This document shows, one piece after another, positions 1-11,749 of a stretch of DNA of 64,000 bases. The DNA is from Psammoneis japonica (lineage: Eukaryota): positions 338,406 to 402,405 of the forward strand of contig QPGO01000056.1 of assembly GCA_008632985.1 (NCBI GenBank), read 5' to 3'. Each line of letters begins with the position of its first letter. The first letter of the stretch is position 1. The position numbers were made by a program, and so were the translations under genes. Below the pieces are notes generated by a model. It was not told the origin of the DNA. It did not search any database and saw nothing but the letters and a program-made list of their open reading frames with translations.

Positions 1-715
1 AACAGTCTCTCCTTGCATGGCAGACGCATTTCTCGGATCTGATCGACTCGGAACTTGCATTCTCTGCAACCATGACTTGGTGTAGATTTTTTGATGATGC
101 AGTGTGCTTGAGAGCCCTTGATCCTTGGGTGCTTGGAACAGACCGTGTTGGAGCGAATCCTCTTGTCTGGCAGACGAAAAACAGCGTTCCATCTTGAGGC
201 ACTGCTCGGCTTGAGCTTCTTCCGCTCGGAAATCGATTCCAGCAGAACTGGTGCGATTCATTCCTGTTTGTAGAAGAATTTGCAAAGGCACATCAGTTAA
301 AATTTTCATTTTCCGTGCTTTTTACCTTCTGTGGTGTGCACACACAATGCACTGTGCTCGAAGAACGAGTGTGGGACGAAAGTAGAACAGTGTGCGAAAA
401 GTGGAAATTATGAGATTAAATTTTGCTCTGTGATTTTTGGTTTCTCCGAACGAGTTCTCAATGGCCTAAAGCTTCTGCACTGCTTCTACAGACAAAAGGC
501 CTTTCGGAGAATGTGTTCGTGACAACAGATTGTCCGGATGCGATTGCTGTTGACACGTAAGATGTCAACATCGTCAATCGATCGTATTTGCAATTCTCGA
601 CATCCGATCAACTCTGTGTGATCGTTCTGTCCTTTGTACGCATCCACGACTGTGGTGCGATTGACACACAAATAACATGCAATCATAAATGTGCACACAA
701 CAGTCGCACACTGCA
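1..715 (-). mobile_element. Ty3/Gypsy LTR retrotransposon, 5' part (5' LTR plus degraded gag start), truncated by the window edge
   Basis: The reverse complement of 348-715 aligns along its length to the LTR at 41567-41945. It is followed by the same post-LTR sequence (ttgtgtgtgcacaccacagaaggtaa vs ttgtgtatacacaccacagaaggtaa) and a disrupted gag-like reading (LLESISERKKLKP..QCLKMERCF vs PLESNSEPKSLKPSQCLKMEQRF). Confidence 0.9.
348..715 (-). repeat. 5' LTR (368 bp, TGCA...TGCA) of the Gypsy copy at the window start
   Basis: Homologous to the 379-bp LTRs at 41567 and 46363, with TG...CA ends. Confidence 0.9.
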
Positions 716-857
716 CACTTTTTCGACATCCGGGTCTTTTTTTGGGTGCTGAAACTTACGTTCAAAGCTGCACGCGCACTTGTGGTACAAGAGTTACGTA
801 CGTGCTGTCCATGCATTGGTTTTTCCACGGCGCTTTTTCCATGCGGCACATGGCATG

Positions 858-3800
858 GGGGATTCCCATCTGTGAAGTGATAATTTGGTGTGAAGTGATC
901 ACGCAGAATTGCACGTGTTTTTTCTAGTGCTGAAATTCTGATCAGAACGCCACCAACTTGTGTTGTGATTCATCAATGGATGCAATCATTTGCACACAAA
1001 TCGCCACAGTAAAGTTTGCCGTCGAGTTCCAGATGAGAGAAAAATCTTTCCCTCCATCTCATCTCTCATCTCTCCTCCACTCAACTTCTCGCCGAGAAAA
1101 AAAAAAACGCAAAAACCGTCATCCCGACTCGTCGACCATGGCGCTCTAGTTCCGAGCCTGTCGTCCATGCTGTTGAGCTGTTGACACACCATTCGATTCG
1201 CAAGAGTCGACACAACAAGAGACTGTGCGCAGCATGTGCGCAATGCATTGTCGCACTGTTTTTTTCTGTCATTGTCGACGTACATCCCAGCAGTGATTTT
1301 GCATGAGGTTTGAATTTTACAATGATCCGTGTGCAACAATCAGCTCGACATAAATTTCAAAAACACCCACAACATAAAGCAGACTTGTCTTACAACAGCA
1401 ATCTGTGTTTGCCACCATGTGCATTCATCCTCAGTGTGTTGACACTGTCACTGCTCCTTCACCGGCGGATGCATTCAAACCTTTGGAAAAAGCCAAGGCG
1501 AAAGGTAGAGCAAAGGGAACGAAATGCCCACGTGTGGAGAAGTCTTTGAAGTTTCACATTCTTGTGGACTTCTGTGCAAACGGCAATGGAGTTTCTTCAA
1601 GCCATTGCTGCAAGAATGTCCACCCCGAGCACAGCACCCGTTGCAACACCCTGAATCGGGCATGGGGACAAAGTGGACTTCGTCGTCTTCATCAAGAAAG
1701 TGCTTCAGTGGAGAAAGCACAAGAAGCCATTTGCAACTGTTTTGGAGCGAAAGACAAGAAGGCAAAGGAGGCAATCACTGCCTTGCACAAGGGGAATGGA
1801 ATTCTCACTGACGACGAAGAGCAGCATGTTGTTGAAGTTTGCTGCTGGTTGGGTCAGATGGGATGCGGAGTGTCAAAGGACACCATTCTTGATGTTGTGA
1901 ATGACTTGGCCAATGAGTGCATTGATGAGCGTGAAAAACCATCTGTGTCTGATTGTTTTGTGTGCTCCATGCTCCAACGCCATCCAAAGCTGGCAAAACT
2001 AGCTTCAGCTTCAAGTTTGGACCCAATTCGTGCTGAGCAGGGGACGAAAGAGGTTCGGGACGCACATTTTGCAAAGTTGCAGTCTTTTGTGAAGCATCTC
2101 CATGCTGCAGGTAAAATTGATGTTGATTGCATTGAGAAGCTTGAGGCTTTTAGAAAATGCAACATGGATGAAGTTGCAATGGATGCTGCGAAACGCCGCA
2201 AGAAAGTGCCAGTCTTCAAGGAGGTCATGAAGAAGTTGCGCATTTTTCAGAGGACTCCCGAGGGCGACGGCAAGATGAGCCATCATCTCACCATGTGCAT
2301 CACTTCTGGAGCAGATGGCAAGTAAAGGGGTGCTGCTTTGTTTGTTGTCACTGCCTTGCTCTGGACAATTGTTGAGTGCACTTGCCTTGTGCCCGTCGCC
2401 TCCGCAGGCGTCAACGCAATTCCGTGCCAAGAAATTGAAGGTGCCCCGCCGCCGTTCCTTGTGCATGCCTCCAAATCCAAGAAGAAGACCAATGATTCCA
2501 ACCGCACCAACACTCCAGAAGACGAGACTGCTGTTGGTGAAATGCATCTTGATGGCCTCGCCCCAGCAAATCCAAACCCCAACGCCAAGTTCAGCGACAA
2601 CCTGCACGGCTTTGATGTCCGGACAACCACAAACGGAAGCATGGAAAAAGATGCAATGCTCGACTTGCCATTCATCACTGCAAGAACCTTCCCAAGGGTC
2701 AAGGAAAAACAAGTTACGCGACAGACGAGGAACGAATGAGGAACGCCACGACACTGCTGCTCGACGGACACGCCTCGCGTTGGTGCTGCACCGCTCTCAA
2801 GCATTTCTGGGATCACAATGTCTGTTGTTTTTTTCTGCCATCTCACACATCCATCTGGATGCAACCAAACGATTGAGGTGTCAACAAACGCCTGCGTGCC
2901 AAGATCGAGGAAGAGGCAAAGAGGGTTGGGTGCAAGAGCGGTCTTGCAAAAGGAGTGCGGTTGACAAACCGAGTTTTTCTCGCTGCTTGGAAGGCTTGCC
3001 TTGAAGCCGAGAAGGCTGAGCTCTTGTCCAAAGGAAGCAATGTCTGCACAAGCGCCTGGAAGGAAACCGGACTCGAGCCAATCAACCCCGATTGCGTGGC
3101 GTGGACGGAAGTGCCAGAGACAATGGGGGCCGCACACGACCTCGCCCTGGAATCGCAAAGAGAAAAGGAGGAACAAGCACAAGAGCAACAAAAACAAGAG
3201 TGGGAAATTGAGCCTCTCCCACCTGACAAACAAAACGCCATTGTTGAGAGATCGAGAAATGTTCTCTGCGAGGGCCACAACGACGACGACGATGACCCAC
3301 TGCTTCACGACTTGGATGTCGCAATGCCAGTGGCAAAATCAATGTTGGCAAAATGGAGAGAGGACACAGAGTGCAAGAGTGAGAAACCAGAGCCAACAAG
3401 CGAACAAGAAGAACTGGCCATGGAACTTGTGCAATGTCACTCACCTGATGCGGCGTCACTGCCTTGTGCGGCGGAAAAGACGAAAGAGGAGCGCGCGCGA
3501 GATTGGACTGCAACGGTGCTGCGTTCGGTGCGACCTTTCATTGATGACATTGAAGTGCAATTTTTTGATCCCACTGGTGCAACCTTTGATGGAGTTGTTG
3601 CGCTCCAAACCAATCCGAATTGGAAGCTGGTGCTGGAAGATGGGGCTGAGCGCATCGTGACCGAGAGCGATTTGTTGGATGCTTCTAAGTGCCGCGTCGA
3701 CCCCAAAAAATTTCTGAAAGATCCTGCTGCAACCAGAAGAGAGCATCTCCACAAAAGGCAACAGAGACAGAGAGAGCAGACAGCATCAATCGAGGCTGCA

Positions 3801-4934
3801 AAATGGAAAGCTTCGGAACAGCGCGACGAAATGTTTGAAGTCTGGTGTCAACAACAACAAGGGAAAACAATTGGTGAGAGCTTTTCTTTTCAGGATTTTT
3901 TGCAATTGAAAGAGATGATTGAGAAACCACATGTCGCCATGATTGATGGCTTCGAAGTGGAGGTGAACAGCAGTGGTGCAAACGCCATCAGTGTCGCAAC
4001 GCGTGCAACGATGTCGAACGTGCTTGCCGGTTTCAAGCGAAAGGATGCGGTTGCCGGCGCAGCGGGTGCTTCCGAACAACCGCCCAAAAAGAAGAGACGT
4101 GGAGCCGTTGTCAAGACAGCACGAGGTGAGAATGCAATTGTTGCCATGCGCCGCACCAAGACAAGGATGATCGAGGTGGGCGAGGCAGAGCAAACGAAAC
4201 TGAAGGCTGACATCGCCAAGCAATCGAAAGCGCTCGATGAGTTTGATGCACTTCGCTCCAGTGCGCCTCAGTGCGGTGAGTGCGAGACGTTGAAGGGAGA
4301 TGAGCTGAAGATCTTGGTTCGGCTGGTTTGTCCAAACGCCGGTTTGTCAGGGAAGAGCATTGAAGTAAAGAAGAAGGAGCTTAAAGAGCGGAACGTTACA
4401 AAAGAACATCTCGACTCTATTTGCGTTCAGAAAAGGCGCGATCTCGATGACCTCAAATCAAAGCTTCAGAACTCTTCGGCTGACAGTGATTCTGACGACG
4501 AAGACCAAGAAGAATTGCTTTAAATGTATAATCGTCTACATCATCTAGACACTTTGTGTGAATTTTCATGAACGGTTGTGATGAGAACCAAATTTCGTTA
4601 ACTTTTTGTGAGGAGAAATGTGTCAAGTGATTTTTGATAAACGACCTCGCAACGAAAGAATGTTGCACTTATGGAAGAGACGTCCGTTACGTAACGGCTA
4701 TTTTCTTATCGTAACGGTTGATTGTGCGGTGCCAGCTGTCTGCTCAACCCACTTGTACCAAGCCACGTAGAAAAATCGCGTAGCGGAAATCCAGTGGATG
4801 ATAATTCTGTAGAAAGCTACGATGCCTGGTATGATAAAAGGAGAGTTGGGTCGAGTGATCATCAATCTATTTTATACCAGAGGCTACGTGATTCTACGCC
4901 TGACGTCATAATCACTTCAGAGATGGGAATCCCC
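858..4934 (+). mobile_element. pogo/Fot1-like (Tc1-mariner superfamily) DNA transposon, about 4.08 kb
   Basis: 24-bp TIRs GGGGATTCCCATCT(G/C)TGAAGTGAT at 858-881 and 4911-4934 (23/24 match). Right flank is TA (4935-4936), left flank TG (856-857). Contains DDE_1-type motifs. The element is absent from the paralogous segment at 19140-20640. Confidence 0.9.
1405..4523 (+). pseudogene. DDE_1 (pogo-like) transposase with long C-terminal extension, hypermutated and frameshifted
   Basis: Motifs KCNMDE (canonical YNxDE), CITSGADG, PPFLVH, TTNGSM, LLLDGHASR and LPSHTSIWMQPND lie in different frames, with an in-frame TGA near 2874. Probable intron 2318-2407. No Tyr in the 306-aa or 522-aa ORFs. Confidence 0.85.
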
Positions 4935-5437
4935 TATGTGTGTCGCGTATCGTGTCGCGTGGTGAAAATCTTGCCACACGGGCGCCGTGAGACAACGGTG
5001 CGGTCTTTTTCGTGGTTTTCCCTTGTGCGATCGCGTGTGTTTCATCCTTGTGCGAGGCGGCGGTGCGGTCCGACAAGTGCCTGCTCCATTATCATAGAGC
5101 AGTGGGAAACTGAGTGCCGTTTTTTTTTTCTCTTGTGCCTCTCCATCCATTGGATGAGAGTCAAGGAGAAGAAGACAACATTGCACCAATCATTCAAGAC
5201 GTCACCAACGACAAGTCTGACAGGGTATCGATCCATTGGACGACATTGTCACCGAAACGGAGGGCAAGACGAAATCGGCAAGTTTTCTTGTGAACCTTGT
5301 CGCAATTGTCGCGGAGCTCGACAAATTCTACAGCATTCTCCCGTTTTGTCGGGGATCCGACTTGCATTTGCATTATTGTTTCCATTCAGCAAAAAGAGCG
5401 GTTCTCGTCTCCTTGAGACGTGTAATTTGCAGAGACA

Positions 5438-6657
5438 ATGGTAAAGCCACGAAAGTTCATCTATCCTCATTACTATAACAATGAACAACGAGATATAACA
5501 AAGAATCTTTTGGAATGGGGCATTGATGAAAAATCGGGCAACGACCGAGGTTTCGGGGCATTGTACCGACGAGTCATTCAACAAGTCCAAGAAGGAAATA
5601 ACGAGAGGATGACTCATGATGCTCAGATCCTTCCACCCGAACCGGAAGAGGCGATCATGATTGTACTGCGCAGCAGCATTCAAGAAAACAAGCTCTACCG
5701 CATGCTCATTGACGAAATAATCACCGAAGGCGGTGAGAGCTTTGCGCCGTACGTGGTGTCGCCGTCAAAATATGCCCACGAAAAAGATGTGGTTTATATA
5801 AAGCCACGTTCCATGTATGAAAGCCTATCGAAGCAGGATCTTGATCCGTTGGAACGATTTCGCATGGAAAAATGCACAAAGCAAGAGTACTTTTCGTCGT
5901 GGGCGAGTGATCCAAATGACCCCCAAGTACAGGGCCTTGTCTTTGAGGCGCTGGTTGCCTCGTATGCGTTTCACAATGTGGCATGCTTTCATTGCTTTGG
6001 GCGAAACTGCCTCAATGGGATGGCGGCCCACGAGTTTCGTGGGCAGATATGGTTTGCACCCATTGCGACAGTGTCTATGAGATCAAGTCCAAACACGATA
6101 TGCAGTCGATTGAAAGGACGAATGAACGCGTTCTCTATGGCGGAGACTACAAGAACTTTCACAGCTTGTGCAGCGAACCAAGGAAGGATGGTTGGAAACG
6201 GTTCATTGTTGTAGTTAGCCGCACAACATCTTCGGCGCGTCCTACCGGTCTAAGAGGAGGTGATGAGGAGGATTGGTGCTGAATTGTTCACATTGCGGAG
6301 ATCGACAAGCTTGTGCCTCAGCTAAAGCCTTCGTGTTTTGTGGACAATAAGAAGATGAGACCAAGTTCGCTGGTTGTAACAAAAAAATCGACAGTGTTTT
6401 GGTTCCGCCTCCCATATGTCAAGATTGATCAAAAAAAGATCCTTCATGAACTCTTGGAAGAAGAGATGCCCGGCATTACTACAACCCAAAGGAATGCGTC
6501 TGAAGAAGATGGTGAAACAGATTCAAGTACGCATCAAGACCAACCAAAACCATTGGACTTGGAAGCCCTCAAAGAAAGTCTGCAAAATGATGTCAGCGAC
6601 TGCTGGGAGGATCTTCTTGATGACGAGGACGACGAGGACGGGTCGTCAGAGCCTTAG
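5438..6657 (+). pseudogene. DpnI/DRP-like Zn-binding PD-(D/E)XK nuclease-domain protein, copy A (1-bp frameshift near 6012, TGA at 6280-6282)
   Basis: Joining ORFs 5438.., 5983.. and 6313.. gives FEALVA..CFHC..LQWDGG..SWADMVCTHCDSVYEIKSK..GGDY, resembling the DpnI catalytic domain pattern (CxxC..ADxxCxxCxxxxExKSK..DGAY). The paralog at 19140-19850 has the missing base (CTACAA vs CTCAA). Confidence 0.6.
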
Positions 6658-6853
6658 ATAGCCGTTGACACCAAGAAATCCTACTAGTAGAGAGCATCCT
6701 CCATCATCCTCCATCATTCAATTCGTGCACAGATTCGTGTGTTGTCGTTATTCTCGACTGCATCTTAAGACACTAAGGCGATACGCAAGACTGCCTTGCG
6801 GCAAAGATCAGATTTGAGACAGTAACTTTTAAAACTGGAGAAGAATCTATTTC

Positions 6854-7683
6854 ATGTCCAAGTTCGAGTTACAGCATGCCGCGTTGGAACAGACGGGAAT
6901 TTCCTACGAAGAGTCGCTCGAGGCCGGAATGCTCGAGCCAAGTCTTTATGAATGCATTTGTAAAGAGGAAGGGTTTCGGAAACTATCACAGGTTTTCTAT
7001 GATTTAGTGTTTGAGGACGGGCAACAGTGGTTCTCCGCATTTTTTCTCTAGCAGCACAAAGTCGGAAGCCGTCGACAATCAAGTAAGTCGGTTGTAAAGT
7101 TGAAGCGATGATGGGTTCGTTCCAGCGGATGTTTGTGCTGATTTTACTCTTTTTCTCTGTTTTATGAAGTGCCGATTTCTCTAGAGTCCAAACATTTGGC
7201 GGTCCTGATTTGTACAGGTTAGTCCAAAACTTGGTTTCGTAAAATCTTCTGTGCTTCTTACCTACCGTACGAGGTGAGACTAAACACTTCGTTCATTCTA
7301 TCCCATTTTCTACAACATTTATTTATGACAGAGAGGAAAAGGGAAAATAGACTCGGCTTGCAGGAAGACATGCTACCTACGACATTGGCACGAATGTGCT
7401 GCGCATCATTGGGTAAACTTATGATGAATGCCATGGAAAGCCATGGAGAACTGCAAAAGGACAAGACAGCGGTTGACTCCCTGATAAATCATTTTACCTA
7501 CACAGCACATTACATTGTAGCCGCGAATGAATACATGAGGCCAGGCCAGGTATGTAGTGCTCGTGTCCACGTACTGTGCTGAAGTTCTTGCTTTTGAGTG
7601 GTGAACTCATGTGATCGTTCCCACTCGAATTTATGTTGCGGCTAAGTGGCGGCTCTCAAATAGATCCTGGAAGAATATGGTGA
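6854..7683 (+). pseudogene. Group II truncated (2/2) haemoglobin, GLB3-like, multi-exon, apparently disrupted
   Basis: Exonic pieces FRKLSQVFYDLVFED..WF, SSTKSEAVDNQ, VQTFGGPDLY, RLAGRH and FTYTAHYIVAANE match the plant-GLB3/trHbO pattern. GT donors near 7083, 7218 and 7550. Apparent frameshift near 7045 and an in-frame TAG near 7348. Confidence 0.7.
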
Positions 7684-8019
7684 TCACAACAACTTACCCA
7701 GAAGAGCCTAGTAGGAGTAGTAGCTACTATTGGCTGCCAATGACGTCAAGAATATTTTTGCAATTAAACATGAGCTTCCTGTTTTCTCGGTGCACGACAC
7801 AGATTCCTTCATACTTTGGCTCGTGAACTTGTCAGTCCTGCTCTAAAGGATATGTCACAGTATTAGGACAACTATTACCGGTAGGTCTAGAGGTAGCGCA
7901 AGTCGTGTTGTGAGTGTTGTCGGCGTTTGCGCGTCAGACCTCGCCAAGGACCACAACACGCAGACACCGAAGTTCGATTCTGTTCGAATCTGTTCGGACT
8001 TTGTACGAATCCTGGGCCA

Positions 8020-8266
8020 TCCACTCAAACCCGGCTGCATTCTGCTAGTTTCAACTTTAGATAAGAGGGAGTTACCTCCCGAGGCCAGGGCAGGTGGATC
8101 TCCGTATTCTGTGCCCGAGTCGGAAATTCGTAGGCTTCACGAAGCGTTAGAATGGGTTGAGTCCATCACCCCTGTTTCCGATATTGAAGCTGACGAGAAG
8201 CTGGGAATTGGACCCAGCGTTCGCGAGGTTGCCTTTGTGATCAAAACAAAGAACAGCGTTCCGTGA
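8020..8266 (+). pseudogene. C-terminal fragment of a thiopurine S-methyltransferase-like protein
   Basis: LKPGCILLVSTLD..GGSPYSVPESEIRRL resembles the TPMT C-terminal LKPGG..LL.TL..GPPFSV..EV.RL motif. No N-terminal SAM-binding part is visible. Confidence 0.5.
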
Positions 8267-8331
8267 AATGTCAAGACGATTCTTAGCAATTTGAGATTAA
8301 AGAGATTTTTTATCACCGCTATTCCCATCAT

Positions 8332-9231
8332 CTATTCGTCGCAAAATTCAGGAAAGTTTAGCAGCTTTTGCACTTGATCTGAGAACGCACGGCATGTTGC
8401 AACACTAGAAACAGGACTGTGAATCGTCATGGACATTGAAAGCATTGGCTTCTTGGCGTGATGACCACGTGGGGACCGTCCATTTGTTTGTTCTCGAGAA
8501 AGGCTTACCCCGCCAACCACAAGAACGACATCTACGAGATCGTGGTGGGTGGTAGACATTGAAACATTCATGTCCACATCACATGGGTCTGAATCAGGGG
8601 CTGCTAGAATCACTAGGCAATTTCCCATTCTTTCCTCTGAAATCATTTGCTCCTTTTCAGCCGCAGTTATATCTTTTGCAATATCTTCAATGGTTTTGGA
8701 CGAAGCATTTCGAATTGTTACAAGCGAATCTGTAGCGGCCGTAGTGTCGGATGCACTCGCCGTCGAATGTCTTGCCGAAAGGACTGACACATCCACATTT
8801 CGTGGTTTGCTATGCTGAAACAGTCCATCGATTCCCAATAAAGGTTGGTAGACATGCTTACAGGACAGATCCTCGACCTGAGACATTGCCTGAGCCATGG
8901 CCTTGACTACAATAGGTACAACAGACACCTCAGGGGTGTCTGCGTTGGTGGCTTCTCCTTCGTGCTCTTTTTTGTTGTTGGCGATATATCGCAAAACTCC
9001 CTTGAGGTCTATTGAAAATCGAAATGTCACGTCCTTCACACTGCTACCTGTGAAGGTGTCCTTGGTGTACGGACGCCCTGCATGGGCCAAAACAACCGTT
9101 CGAAGTGAAACCCATGCGCTAACAAGAAACAAGCTCTCTTTGAACGGAATGCTTAAAAGACAAGCTAGTGTCCATATAACCAGTGGACTCAACAACCAAC
9201 TTGTCACCCAAAACAGCGGTGGCTCTCCGTC

Positions 9232-9262
<31 letters not shown>

Positions 9263-10674
9263 ACTTCCTGTGGCTTGGGAAGTCCAGCCACATCCACAAC
9301 TCTCGATTCCCCGCTTTTTTGCTGATTCAAAAAACTATCTCGCCTCTGACTGGTACTTGCCAATGGTTCAATGACACCCTTGATGACACCCGTGTTTGAC
9401 AGTTCCCCAGAAAGACGAGTTGCTGGGGCCGGCTCTGTTTGATTGAGGTACGTGTCGACAATTGATGGCATCGTGGCTTGCTGGTGTAACACTGTATTGG
9501 ACAAGGATGGAGGAAGGTTTCCGCACAAGTCGTAGCTCAGAACTCGAGTGACACGACACTTTGGAATGTTGTCTCTCTCCTTGATTTCTTCCAACAAGTA
9601 AAGTGAAACCAACAAGTTGGCTCGAACCTTATCAGGGTCGACAGGTTTCAACCGATCTGTCTCTGCATCTGACCACGAAAAGCCCATGATACAAATGGCT
9701 TTGTTGCCTGGAGATTCAAAATCCCCACCGGTTTCGGCTATCACAGTCGATGATTTCTTTTGGAGAACCCGCCAGTGTACTGCTGTCACAAGGTCTCGTG
9801 CTGCCGTTGGCCATACAGGACGAAAAGAATAATAATCGAGAAACGTATGCGAGTTGTAGCACTTCAGTCTCTCATTCTGCACTATATTCGCTTCAAAATC
9901 CTGTCGCCTTGAAGCATCTACCAATAGGTTCAATATCTGTTTGGGGTGATGATGTATGAGCGCCGTGCATTTAATCATGACTCTTCCGCTCGATGCATCC
10001 AATTTGCGTTCGTGAGCTGTCACGCCGTTCCGGTTCTGAAAAATCAATTTCCAACCATGTTCTTTCTTGTTTTCGCCCATCATGGGTAGGTTTTTCTGTA
10101 CAAGATTTTGAATATGAGAAGCAAGCTGCTCTGGAACGTGCACAAGCGTATCCTTTCCATCATCGATGTCCTCCCACGACTCAGTCGAACGTTCTTCGTT
10201 AACATTTGCAGCTGATGGATCGTCTGTCACAGAGGGAGCAGAGGCGACTGACTGAGAGGTACCATCATCTTGATCCTCCACTCTGCATACCCGGCTCAGC
10301 CTCTCGACCCAGTCGCTTCGCTCCTCTCGTGTTGTGGCAGCTAAGAAGCACGGCGGTCCCTCGGAGGTCGTCGGAGGAGTGATGGAAAAGGCATACAGAT
10401 TCTCCGAAGGACGACTTAGCAAATCGTCGATTTCCACATGGCAGGATCTCAAGTAAATCGTTCCCCTGGGCACCACATCATATTGCACGACGCCATCCTC
10501 TGTTCTAGTTCCATCGTCCACATAATACGTCAGTAATCCAGAAGCAGGTTGAAGCACGAACCACCGAGGACGCCAACGACTCTTGAACACATCACGACGT
10601 TTCCAGAGGACACCTTGAAACAGCGATGCCGATGAAGATGACCTTACGGGTGAGGTTCCTCGTATTTGGTCCAT
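8332..10674 (-). CDS. PH domain + START lipid-binding domain + TM hairpin + 2-oxoacid-dehydrogenase acyltransferase-like C-terminal domain protein (780 aa)
   Basis: Uninterrupted ORF. PH signature QGVLWKR..WRPRWFVL..LTYY..EERSDWVERL, START signature VWPTAARDLV..YDLCGNLP, hydrophobic segment at about aa 487-530. Normal TpA content. Confidence 0.9.
9233..9262. repeat. (GAC)10 microsatellite encoding poly-Ser on the minus strand
   Basis: Directly visible in the sequence. Confidence 0.95.
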
Positions 10675-11749
10675 TGTCGATATACAGTAGCTCTCTGGCT
10701 GATGCCTTATGGTTTACAGTACGTGAAAGGTGAAAGCGGCCGATATGTTTCGTCGTTGCGATTTCGCGATAAGTCATTATTGTGGAATGATGTTTTTATT
10801 GAACAGTACTATGTACTCATCGACAACGAGAACAGCGCGCCCAGCATTCGGACAACCGAGCAAATGAATCGCATCTTCAATCTCGCATCCATCATCGCAA
10901 CACACGATGAACACAGGATGAACAACGATGTTACGGCAGGTTGCCTTCTCCACGTCTAAACATGTCAGTGGGGCACGATGGAGTCCTGTGGCAAAAATGC
11001 CAAGTCTTTCCCTGGCGACTGTTCAACGTTGTGCGAAGGAACACGATCATGAATGTTTGGATGCCAGAGCTCTGTTTTCTGCAGTTGTCAGTGTCCGATC
11101 ATGCTTTGCCATTCAAGTTCTTACATGTGACAATGCAGCACCAGTTGAGATGGACTTGGATGTTGTCTCTCAGGAGAACAATCTGTTGTGGCTGTTCTGT
11201 GTCTCATCAGAAATGGCCAGCCAGTGGCTGTGTGGAGCATCCAACGCCTCTCATTTGCAAATCTGCTGTTTGTCTCACATTGAATGCATTGTGTGGCTCA
11301 TCATCTGTGTTTCATGGAGAAGAAGTGTTGGGTCATCAGTTGAAGTTGGTGAAAATGGGCACTGGCAAGAAACTGAGTCTCCACCACAGCACCGGAGAAA
11401 TCAACGAGAAAGAGCAACTGGGTGATTTGGCAGCCAAGCTGTTGGCAAACAAGGCACTTTTTGATGTCAGCTGCACACCCTCAACTTATATGTGGACATC
11501 CACATTCTTTCTTGTGCTGGTGTCACCCTTCTCAGGCAGCGTCTTGTTGGCTCAAACAAGCCAATTTTGTCCACATTTGTCAATGGCACAGCCTTGTCGC
11601 AGCATGATGAGAGCAAAATGTTCATCAGTGGAAAACAACAAGTGTTGCAGCCTCATGGTCTGTGTGCTGGTTGTCATTTCTCATAATTTTCCATTGTCGC
11701 AGAAAATTTTCTGCACAGGCTCCAGTGCAAATTCTGCATGGATTCGTCG

